From assembly GCA_034661015.1 (NCBI GenBank), contig JAYEKN010000094.1, positions 1,631 to 50,478 on the forward strand: DNA of 48,848 nt, read 5' to 3'. This DNA is from Candidatus Cloacimonadota bacterium (GTDB lineage Bacteria; Cloacimonadota; Cloacimonadia; JGIOTU-2). Below the pieces are notes generated by a model. It saw only the letters and a list, made by a program, of their open reading frames with translations. It was not told where the DNA came from and searched no databases. This document shows, piece after piece, positions 25,244 to 32,729 of the stretch (position 1 is the first letter of the stretch; each line of letters begins with the position of its first letter). Both the position numbers and the translations under genes were made by a program.

Positions 25244-25410
25244 TTCCAAATTGTTTCGTTTATAACGTTTCGGAGAAACGTAATACGGTTTTCCAAAGTG
25301 TTTCGTCGTGCTGTTTCGGAGAAACGTAATACGGTTTTCCAAAGCGTTGTGTCGTGCCGTTTCGGAGAAACGTAATACGCTTTTCCAAAGCGTTCTGTTC
25401 ATGCTGTTTC
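25244..25410. repeat. Tandem direct repeat of 46-47 bp, 3 full copies plus partial copies at both ends, each carrying a GTTTC-GGA-GAAAC palindrome
   Basis: Copies at 25267-25312, 25313-25358 and 25359-25405 share gtttcggagaaacgtaatacggttttccaaag (1 mismatch) and diverge in the last ~14 nt. There is a 5' half copy at 25244-25266 and gtttc at 25406-25410. The array lies between the motA stop (25418) and the kinase start (25214). Confidence 0.9.
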
Positions 25411-25417
25411 ATAAAAT

Positions 25418-26182
25418 CTATAATTCATCAACTTCTCGCTCATCCGGCGGAAGAAAAGTCATTAACTTTCTCTTGATCAATCTCGGATTTTCACCCATCT
25501 GGATTGACAAAACACCGGCAATCACTATTTTTTTCTGATTGACTTCTCCATCGGTTCGTTTTATCAATTTTCCAGTCATAGGAATAAAAAACAGGTTAGC
25601 TGCAAAAGCACCATAGAATGTTGTAATCAAGGCAACAGCCATGCCGCTTCCAATCTTGGTTGGATCATCCAAACCTGATAACATTCCGATCAATCCGATC
25701 AGCGTGCCAATCATTCCAAAAGCCGGAGCCTGTTTTCCCATGGCATTCATTACATTTTGGGCTTCTTTATGCCTGTCTTTCATAGCTCTGATCTCTGTTT
25801 CCATCAAGTCAACGATTGTGTCCGGATCGTTACCATCTACTGCGAGAATCAATCCGTTCGCCAAAAAAGAATCTTCGATCGTTTGAATTTTATCATCCAA
25901 TGCCAATAATCCTTCTCTTTTGGAAACATCGGCAAGTTTGACCAAAGAATCAATTACCATTTTTGTATCTGATATCTGCTCAAAAAAGATAAATTTCATG
26001 GTTTTTAGTGTATTTATAACCGCTTCTAACGAGGTTTCTACCAAAACCGCTGCGAGAGAACCACCAATAGTAACAAGTATTGAGCTGATACTGATAAAGG
26101 CAGCAATATCGCCTGCCATCATAATTGAAGCGACGACCAGAATCACACCTCCACCAATGCCGAGCACACTTCCTTTATCCAT
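25418..26182 (-). CDS. motA: Flagellar stator protein MotA/PomA
   Basis: 254 aa with four TM helices. QAPAFGMIGTLIGLIGML and ALITTFYGAFAANLFFIPM contain the conserved prolines of the MotA_ExbB channel. Confidence 0.9.
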   Translation of the reverse strand: MDKGSVLGIGGGVILVVASIMMAGDIAAFISISSILVTIGGSLAAVLVETSLEAVINTLKTMKFIFFEQISDTKMVIDSLVKLADVSKREGLLALDDKIQTIEDSFLANGLILAVDGNDPDTIVDLMETEIRAMKDRHKEAQNVMNAMGKQAPAFGMIGTLIGLIGMLSGLDDPTKIGSGMAVALITTFYGAFAANLFFIPMTGKLIKRTDGEVNQKKIVIAGVLSIQMGENPRLIKRKLMTFLPPDEREVDEL

Positions 26183-26229
26183 AAATCAAAATCCCCCAAA
26201 AAATAAATATATTCACTAATCTGTGAGAA

Positions 26230-26880
26230 TTATGATACTTCCAAAATATCGGAAAGATCATAAAAATTCCCTCCGATAACCATCACCGGTTTATTGTTAT
26301 TATATCGGATCGAATCAACAACCCCTTGGGTTTCGGAGAATGAATTAATCGTTTTCCCGTCAGCATCCGTTACAATCACATTATACGTATAATTTCCAGT
26401 TGCAACTCTGTTGCCGTCATTGTCCACACAATCCCATTGAAACGAAAGGTAATCTCCCGCCTGCAGTTGCCCTGATGATAATTCAATTCTTTGCACTATA
26501 TTTCCGTTCGTGTCCATAATTTCTATATAACCTTGGCTACCTTCCGATGCGATTCCATAGCCAAGCATCACGTTGCCAGAATCGGGAATTTTGATTTGAT
26601 TATCTTCAACAATAACATTTTTCCCCAATAATTGATAGGGATTCAGTTCTTTACTCCCGCTCAGGATAGCCTGAAGGTCTTTACTGATATTTTCCATTTT
26701 TTCTGAATTTGAAAACTGTAAAATTTCCGAAACAATCTTTTCGCTTTTTAGCGGATCGAGTGGATTCTGATTTTGAATTTGAGTTAGTAAAATATTATAA
26801 AAATCTTTTTGGGATAAAGAACTTACTTCAAATTCTTGATCTGTATTTATCGTATCTACCATTGGTATTGGGAATAACAT
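26230..26880 (-). CDS. flgD: Flagellar hook assembly (capping) protein FlgD
   Basis: FYNILLTQIQNQNPLDPL N-terminal motif. Ig-like C-terminal part GDYLSFQWDCVDNDGNRVATGNYTYNV. Confidence 0.88.
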   Translation of the reverse strand: MLFPIPMVDTINTDQEFEVSSLSQKDFYNILLTQIQNQNPLDPLKSEKIVSEILQFSNSEKMENISKDLQAILSGSKELNPYQLLGKNVIVEDNQIKIPDSGNVMLGYGIASEGSQGYIEIMDTNGNIVQRIELSSGQLQAGDYLSFQWDCVDNDGNRVATGNYTYNVIVTDADGKTINSFSETQGVVDSIRYNNNKPVMVIGGNFYDLSDILEVS

Positions 26881-26895
26881 TCTATTCTCCCTTCT

Positions 26896-28044
26896 TTACA
26901 TGAAGATCAATTCGGCTTGTAAAGCTCCCGCTCGTTTAAGAGCCTGAAAAATTCCAATCAAATCTCGGGGTGAAGCACCGAGATTATTGAGAGTTTCCAC
27001 AATGTCTTTCACCGTTGCTGTTCTCGGGATTTCTTTCATTTTCGTGTATTCATCCGTTATCTCAACAATGGATTTTGTTTTTTTACTATCTGCTTGTTCG
27101 GATGATTCTAATTCGATAACATCATCAATTTTAGAAATTTTGATATTAATATTATTATAAGAAATAGCCACAGGTGAAATAGTAACATGCTCACCGACAA
27201 CTATTACACCGGTTTTTTCATTGATGACAATTTTTGGATTTATTTCCTGAGTAATTGGCAAATTCACAATTTCATGAAGATAATTATTCTTCATATTTAA
27301 CGATATTGTAGGATCTAACACTGCGAAAATTGTTTCTCCCTGTTCATCTTTGGATGTGGTGAAAAACATTGAATCCGGAAAAATCACTTCAACAGCACCT
27401 GCACTTCTCACGGAAGCTGCATTATCTGTGATTTTATTTATTTTTTCTGCAATATTCACCGCAGTACTCAAATCCGGATTTTTTAATGATAAAACAATTT
27501 CATCTTCACCTATACTACTGGGGATTCTGCTTAATAGAATTCCACCATCTGAAATGTTTCCGGTAAGCAGATAATTTTTTCCGACCTTGATGTTTTGAAC
27601 TTCCACACTAAAACCACCAACAGATACCGGACCTTGTGCAATTGCGATTTTGCATCCGTCCATTGTGAAAAGATCAGTAGGCAAAAGAGTGCCGTTTTCC
27701 AAACTGCGGGCATCACCTATTGAGGAAACAGTGATGTCAAATTTGCTATCGGTTTGGATAAATGCCGGAATATTTGCGGTAACCATCACAGCAGCCACAT
27801 TTCTTGTCCTCACTTTTCGATCAGGAGTTTTCAAGCCGAATTTCTCTAACATATTTTTCACAGTCTGTTCGGTAAAATAAGATCTGTGATAATCTCCGGT
27901 TTTATTTAAACCCGCCACAAGTCCATAGCCCACAACCGGTGTGCTGGAAACTCCGACTATATTTGTAATATCGCCAATTTTGTTTTCTGAAAATAGAAAA
28001 TTTGCAGAAAAGACGATTAAGATCACTAAGATAATTCTCTTCAT
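26896..28044 (-). CDS. flgI: Flagellar P-ring protein FlgI
   Basis: Signal peptide, then IGDITNIVGVSSTPVVGYGLVAGLNKTGD and C-terminal LNNLGASPRDLIGIFQALKRAGALQAELIFM. Confidence 0.95.
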   Translation of the reverse strand: MKRIILVILIVFSANFLFSENKIGDITNIVGVSSTPVVGYGLVAGLNKTGDYHRSYFTEQTVKNMLEKFGLKTPDRKVRTRNVAAVMVTANIPAFIQTDSKFDITVSSIGDARSLENGTLLPTDLFTMDGCKIAIAQGPVSVGGFSVEVQNIKVGKNYLLTGNISDGGILLSRIPSSIGEDEIVLSLKNPDLSTAVNIAEKINKITDNAASVRSAGAVEVIFPDSMFFTTSKDEQGETIFAVLDPTISLNMKNNYLHEIVNLPITQEINPKIVINEKTGVIVVGEHVTISPVAISYNNINIKISKIDDVIELESSEQADSKKTKSIVEITDEYTKMKEIPRTATVKDIVETLNNLGASPRDLIGIFQALKRAGALQAELIFM

Positions 28045-28045
28045 A

Positions 28046-28609
28046 TTAAAATATCCAATTCATAATTTTATCAATAAAGGAAGACTTCTTTACCTTCTCT
28101 CCCTTACCGATGTGAGTGATTTTTGCATTCAATATATTGTATGAATAAATAATATTGTTCGATTCAATATCTTGGGGTCGAATCGTCCCTGTAAGAACAG
28201 TTGCCTTTTCGACTCCATTTACAATAACTGTTTTTTGACCTTTTATAATGAAATTACCAACAGAATCTATTTTCACGATCTGAGCGGAGATCTTTGTTGT
28301 TAATTGTTCTTGGGAATAAAAATTTTTATTTTTCTCTGAGTCGTTTGAATACTTGCCGGAAAAAGAAACTCCCGTAAAATCGTTAAAACCCTCTACACCC
28401 AATCCTAATCCCAGGTCAGACTTGGAATCGGAATTTGTTCCTGATTTGTTTTGGGCAGTAGATTGCTCGACCACGTAGATCGTAACGATATCTCCTACCC
28501 TGTGTGCCTTTTCATCGGTATATAAAGAGGTGGAAGATTGAAACGGTGCTGCAAAAGACACCTGTGAAGAAAATAAAATGAGTGAAATAATTAAAATTTT
28601 ATAAATCAT
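28046..28609 (-). CDS. flgH: Flagellar L-ring protein FlgH (signal peptide without a lipobox Cys)
   Basis: SLYTDEKAHRVGDIVTIYVVEQSTAQ and ATVLTGTIRPQDIESNNIIYSYNILNAKI. The N-terminus MIYKILIISLILFSSQVSFAAP has no Cys. Confidence 0.9.
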   Translation of the reverse strand: MIYKILIISLILFSSQVSFAAPFQSSTSLYTDEKAHRVGDIVTIYVVEQSTAQNKSGTNSDSKSDLGLGLGVEGFNDFTGVSFSGKYSNDSEKNKNFYSQEQLTTKISAQIVKIDSVGNFIIKGQKTVIVNGVEKATVLTGTIRPQDIESNNIIYSYNILNAKITHIGKGEKVKKSSFIDKIMNWIF

Positions 28610-28623
28610 TTTTATTACCTAAT

Positions 28624-29304
28624 TTACTCGATTAAACCTTTCTTATCACTGCTGATTTTTACTTTTAGAGTTTTTCGGAAACTCGGGTTATAAACTGTAA
28701 TAGTATTGCCGATATATCCATTTTGATGAGCAATACCGGAAGTAGTTGCAATCACATTACCGCATCTTGATACGATGCTTATTTCGTCACCCACTTGCAC
28801 ATCAAATGCAGCGCGAATAAAAGTGGATTTGATAATTTTTCCTGAATTTATTCTCCGGAGTGCAATCTTGCCAACAATATTTTTCGCATCGGTAAAATAA
28901 TTAGTTTTAGTTGTAACATCCTGATTAACATACTTCAGATCGCTGTTTGAGATTGTTTGCCCTTTTGCAATATTATGCGTTGTTGCAATGATTTCCCTGT
29001 AAATTTTTAGGAATACGGAAATTTCTTCCGAGTGAATAATCTCTTCACCTTGCGTTAAATTTACAAATATCAATTCATTTCCTCGTAGATCAGAACTTTC
29101 AGAAAATTCAAAAGTAATCTTCATTCTCGATCTTACATCCGGGAATTGAAATTTTGTTTCAGGAGAAAGATAACGAATATTATACTTTCCGGAAATATTT
29201 TCATCTAAAAATTCCAACAAATCAGTTTTGATAGAATATGCGTAAGTAAGTGATATGAACATCAGAAACAAAAAGAGAATTGAAAAGAATTTGGAATGTT
29301 TCAT
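28624..29304 (-). CDS. flgA: Flagellar P-ring assembly chaperone FlgA
   Basis: Signal peptide, SAF-like NIAKGQTISNSDLKYVN, and C-terminal VQVGDEISIVSRCGNVIATTSGIAHQNGYIGNTITVYN. Sits in the flgG-flgA-flgH position. Confidence 0.85.
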   Translation of the reverse strand: MKHSKFFSILFLFLMFISLTYAYSIKTDLLEFLDENISGKYNIRYLSPETKFQFPDVRSRMKITFEFSESSDLRGNELIFVNLTQGEEIIHSEEISVFLKIYREIIATTHNIAKGQTISNSDLKYVNQDVTTKTNYFTDAKNIVGKIALRRINSGKIIKSTFIRAAFDVQVGDEISIVSRCGNVIATTSGIAHQNGYIGNTITVYNPSFRKTLKVKISSDKKGLIE

Positions 29305-29309
29305 TTTAG

Positions 29310-30089
29310 CTATTTAATATTGTTGGAGATTTTCATCATCTCTTCGGAGGTTTTTATTGATTTTGAAATAACTTCATACGAGCGTTGAGCAACAATCATT
29401 TTCATCATTTCCTCAACTACGCTCACATTGGATTTTTCCAAATATCCTTGGTTTACTTCCCCGAATCCAAGTTCACCAGGATAGCCAATAAGTTCTTCGC
29501 CAGCGGCTGGTGTTGCTTCATACAGATTATCACCAGCACTCCGCAAACCTACCGGATTTATGAATTTGCTCAATTCGATTTGCCCTAATTCTTCCGGTAG
29601 CGGATCGCCCGGATAAGTAGCATTAACGATTCCTTGCTTTGAGATCGTAATTTCCTGTGTGTTTTCCGGAATGATAATATCGGGCTGAACGATGTATCCG
29701 TCGGCTGTTACGAGAGTTCCATCAGATGAAACCTGAAAAGAGCCGTCACGGCTAAAAAACACTTCACCATTCGGCTTCATAATGCGAAAAAGTCCTTCAC
29801 CATTAATTGCTACATCCAAAGATCTTTCTGTTTGCGTTAATACTCCCTGCGAGAAATCTTTTACGGAATCAATCGGTTTGGTTCCATATCCAACTTCCAA
29901 TCCGGCGGGAGAAGGATTTTCAGTTTGCTGAGTTGCATTATTCAGTTGTTTATACATCAGATCTTGAAAATTTATTCTACTTTTTTTAAAACCGGTTGTG
30001 TTCACATTAGAAAGATTATTTGTAATTGTATCAATTATCAATTCTTGCGCTTTCATCCCGGTAGCAGCTGTTTGGAGCGATCTAAACAT
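29310..30089 (-). CDS. flgG: Flagellar distal rod protein FlgG
   Basis: MFRSLQTAATGMKAQELIIDTITNNLSNVNTTGFKK and C-terminal GYLEKSNVSVVEEMMKMIVAQRSYE. Confidence 0.93.
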   Translation of the reverse strand: MFRSLQTAATGMKAQELIIDTITNNLSNVNTTGFKKSRINFQDLMYKQLNNATQQTENPSPAGLEVGYGTKPIDSVKDFSQGVLTQTERSLDVAINGEGLFRIMKPNGEVFFSRDGSFQVSSDGTLVTADGYIVQPDIIIPENTQEITISKQGIVNATYPGDPLPEELGQIELSKFINPVGLRSAGDNLYEATPAAGEELIGYPGELGFGEVNQGYLEKSNVSVVEEMMKMIVAQRSYEVISKSIKTSEEMMKISNNIK

Positions 30090-30101
30090 ACGTCTTCCTT
30101 T

Positions 30102-30815
30102 CTAAACCTTTGATAATTCTTGAATTGATTTTTTTGTGAGTTCGTTAATTATATCAAGAACTCGATAATTTGTTTGATATTCGTTTGATATTTTGATCAT
30201 GTCAATCATCTCAGAGGTGGATGATACATTGGATTTTTCCAAAGTATTCTGTAAAACTTCGCACTCTCCATTTGTTTGCGGATTAAGTATGAATGAGCTG
30301 CCAAGATTTTCAAACAATCCGTTGGATTGTGCTTTCTGAAGCTTGTTAATTTCCTGAAAAGAAACTATTTTCAAGGTTCCACGATATTCATTATCTACCC
30401 AAACGCCACCTTGTTTATCTACGAGAAAATCATTTCCTTCTACTATAATAGGACCATTGTCCGAAAGAACTTTTCGACCCATTTGAGTTACTAAATATCC
30501 TTCGGAATTTTTTGAGAAAGCTCCATTGCGGGTAAACAATTCGTTGTTTCCATCCTCAACAGCAAAAAAACCATCTCCGTTTACAGCAAGGTCAAAGGCG
30601 TTTCCGGACAAGACCATGTTTCCCTGCGTGAAATCGGTTGAAATCTTTGTTTCTGTTATAAAATCATTTTGTTTAGCATCAAAAACCTTCCGGAAATTGA
30701 TCATATCCTTTTTGAATCCATTGGTATTGATATTTGCAAGATTGTTTGAAACCACATCTTGCATTTCCAACTTTTTTGTCATCTCATTTGCTGATGTAAT
30801 AATATTAGATAGCAT
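30102..30815 (-). CDS. flgF: Flagellar proximal rod protein FlgF
   Basis: VVSNNLANINTNGFKKD and C-terminal LEKSNVSSTSEMIDMIKISNEYQ. 237 aa, encoded upstream of flgG. Confidence 0.88.
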   Translation of the reverse strand: MLSNIITSANEMTKKLEMQDVVSNNLANINTNGFKKDMINFRKVFDAKQNDFITETKISTDFTQGNMVLSGNAFDLAVNGDGFFAVEDGNNELFTRNGAFSKNSEGYLVTQMGRKVLSDNGPIIVEGNDFLVDKQGGVWVDNEYRGTLKIVSFQEINKLQKAQSNGLFENLGSSFILNPQTNGECEVLQNTLEKSNVSSTSEMIDMIKISNEYQTNYRVLDIINELTKKSIQELSKV

Positions 30816-30838
30816 TTTGTACCTCGGTTTTTGACTGT

Positions 30839-30854
30839 TGCAATGATTGTGCCA
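30839..30854 (-). promoter_or_regulatory. Sigma-54 (-24/-12) promoter for the flgF-...-motA unit
   Basis: The reverse complement reads TGGCACAATCATTGCA, a full TGGCAC-N5-TTGCA consensus. The -12 element is about 25 nt upstream of the flgF ATG (30815). Confidence 0.8.
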
Positions 30855-30975
30855 AAAGAATAGATGTTTAGTGAGTTAAAAATATCAAGGCTATAACCAC
30901 TTTTCTCGTTGCTATTTTGATTTACTTAAAGAAAATATTTCCATTTATATAAGAAATAATTTTCTTTTTTTTTGG

Positions 30976-31000
30976 AGTAAAATATCCGTGATATTTTACT
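30976..31000. promoter_or_regulatory. Perfect 11-bp inverted repeat; candidate enhancer (UAS) for the flgF sigma-54 promoter
   Basis: agtaaaatatc-cgt-gatattttact, centred about 135-150 bp upstream of the -24/-12 element. The function is inferred from position only. Confidence 0.35.
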
Positions 31001-31050
31001 TTTTGCCGGTTACATGCTTTTTAGAATGAATTTTTCTAGGAGTAAAATTG

Positions 31051-31076
31051 CGTTCCCAAGCGGGGGCTTGGGAACG
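31051..31076. other. Perfect 10-bp stem/6-nt loop hairpin (cgttcccaag-cggggg-cttgggaacg)
   Basis: Read directly from the sequence. The right arm is repeated as ctttgggaacgag at 31093-31105. Confidence 0.8.
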
Positions 31077-31120
31077 AGAAACGGTGGTGTGGCTTTGGGA
31101 ACGAGTGATAGTTTTTCTAT

Positions 31121-31216
31121 CTTTTCCCTTCTCACTTTTCTCTTATCCCTTCTCCCTTCTCACTTTTCCCTTATCCCTTTTCACTTTTCTTTGTGTACTT
31201 TGTGACCTTTGTGTTT
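31121..31216. repeat. Strand-asymmetric C/T-rich degenerate repeat (plus strand) followed by three 9-bp TTTGTGNNN units
   Basis: cccttctcacttttc at 31126-31140 and 31154-31168, and the variant cccttttcacttttc at 31175-31189, separated by (t/c)cttat spacers. Then tttgtgtac/tttgtgacc/tttgtgttt at 31190-31216. Confidence 0.8.
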
Positions 31217-31288
31217 ATTTTTTTCAAATGAGATAAATGGAACAAAATTTGCTGATAGGATTTATAACAAATATTTAATGGATAAAAT

Positions 31289-32548
31289 ATGAAAAGAAAA
31301 ATTATTTATATCGGATCAAACCAAGAGATAGAGAAAAAACTAAGAAAAGTTGTGAAGAGTTTTATTTCAGAAAATAAAATTTTGGTGGAATTTTCTTCAG
31401 TATCTCACTACAAAGACTTTATGAAAATCAGTCATGAAAAAACGGTTCTCATACCGGTTTTTGACTATCTCGGCTTTAATAATTATCAGGATATTTTATC
31501 AATAGCAATCCGCAAAAAAGATATTTTTCCTTATATAATGATTATTTACAAAATAAATCGTGTTCGTTCCGAAGAAATATCTTTTAACCGATTCTTTCTT
31601 CTGCTATCCGGAGCTCCCCAAGTACTTTGGAAGAACGAAATTTCGAGGTTGCTCAACCAAATTGAGACTGACAGATCTATTAATAAGAATAAGAACGAAT
31701 TGACAATCGCTCATGAAATTATCATAGATAAAGACAAAACAATTTATTTTTATAAAAAAAATGCCAAAACTATTCAATCCCAGCTTAATGACAATCTTCG
31801 GAATGCTTACGATTTCTATATTAGACTCGTTGAAATGACCGATTATCTTCTATATGCCCATTCAATGGACGTTAAACAAATTTCGGTTTACATTGCTGAG
31901 GAATTAAATTTATCAAAAAGTGAAATCAGCGAAATAAATTATGCTGCCAGTTTGCATGACATTGGTAAGTTGGCGTTATCGGATGAAATTAATTCCAAAC
32001 GAATAATTGAGCTATCTGTTGATCAAAAAATATTATATGAGCAGCATCCGGCACTTGCTACTTATATGCTGGAATCTGTAAAAGGAACAGAAAGCTCGGA
32101 TAAAATTGTTCTGGATATTGCCCACCATCACGAAAAATTTAACGGTATTGGATTCCCTGATAAATTAAAAGGAAAAGAAATTCCAATTGGTTCGCGAATT
32201 ATTTACATTGCCGATTATTTTTCAAATCAGTACCGGATCAATAAAAATATGGATGCTGATGAAGTATTTGCGGAAATGAAGCAGTATCACTATCAAGAAT
32301 TTGATGAGCAACTATTGGATCTTCTTTCTCACTATGTATCTCAACTTAAAAAAGGAAAACCGGAAGAGAAATTTTTAATCCAACTTCATCAGATGAAAGT
32401 GGGCATGGTCGTTGCAGACGATGTTTACACAAAAAAAGGCTTAATGCTCATCAAAGCAAATACAACTTTGACCGTTCAATTAATTTCAAAAGTGGTAAAA
32501 TACAGCACCTTCGATCCTATTCTCCCGGGTATTTATATAAAGCCGTAA
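31289..32548 (+). CDS. HD-GYP-type c-di-GMP phosphodiesterase (GFP variant) with a degenerate receiver-like N-terminus
   Basis: AASLHDIGKLAL (HD) and HHHEKFNGIGFPDKLKGKEIPIGSRII (GYP position reads GFP). The N-terminal ~120 aa look REC-like but lack the acidic pocket pair. Confidence 0.85.
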   Translation: MKRKIIYIGSNQEIEKKLRKVVKSFISENKILVEFSSVSHYKDFMKISHEKTVLIPVFDYLGFNNYQDILSIAIRKKDIFPYIMIIYKINRVRSEEISFNRFFLLLSGAPQVLWKNEISRLLNQIETDRSINKNKNELTIAHEIIIDKDKTIYFYKKNAKTIQSQLNDNLRNAYDFYIRLVEMTDYLLYAHSMDVKQISVYIAEELNLSKSEISEINYAASLHDIGKLALSDEINSKRIIELSVDQKILYEQHPALATYMLESVKGTESSDKIVLDIAHHHEKFNGIGFPDKLKGKEIPIGSRIIYIADYFSNQYRINKNMDADEVFAEMKQYHYQEFDEQLLDLLSHYVSQLKKGKPEEKFLIQLHQMKVGMVVADDVYTKKGLMLIKANTTLTVQLISKVVKYSTFDPILPGIYIKP

Positions 32549-32690
32549 ATTAATTGAAAAAAAATGGTGCATAATATGGAAAAATTGTCCCAAACAAACA
32601 GCAATTTAATTTTTTTTCAAGATTTTACTTGTTATGTTATCTCGCATAATAAATGGATGTTAGAAATCTAAAACAGTCTATTATGCTTTT

Positions 32691-32705
32691 TGGCATAAAA
32701 TTTGA
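32691..32705 (+). promoter_or_regulatory. Candidate sigma-54 promoter for the flgB unit (imperfect -12 element)
   Basis: TGGCATAAAATTTGA has correct GG-N10 spacing, but the -12 dinucleotide is GA rather than GC. It lies 25 nt upstream of the flgB ATG. Confidence 0.45.
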
Positions 32706-32729
32706 ATGTAATCTCAATATGGAGCTATT

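Noticed and set aside
25232-25248. Sigma-54-like motif (minus strand TGGAAGAACGAATCGCA) just upstream of the histidine kinase gene
   Set aside because: The GG-to-GC spacing is 11 nt instead of 10, and the -24 box is TGGAA rather than TGGCA. This is too weak to call.
25244-25410. Possible CRISPR array
   Set aside because: The repeats are directly abutting with no unique spacers between them. There are only about 3.5 copies, and no cas genes occur in the window.
25196-25538. ORFs of 68 aa (minus strand) and 76 aa (plus strand) in the ORF track, covering the 46-bp tandem repeat
   Set aside because: Their translations are just the repeat unit read through, with internally repetitive, low-complexity sequence. 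They have no RBS and overlap neighbouring genes. I treat the region as non-coding repeat DNA.
31014-31236. Two overlapping plus-strand ORFs (63 and 62 aa) across the hairpin and C/T-rich repeat
   Set aside because: The peptides are low-complexity (FSLLTFPLSLF...) and arise from the pyrimidine repeat. There are no start-site signals. The region is better explained as a structured non-coding element.
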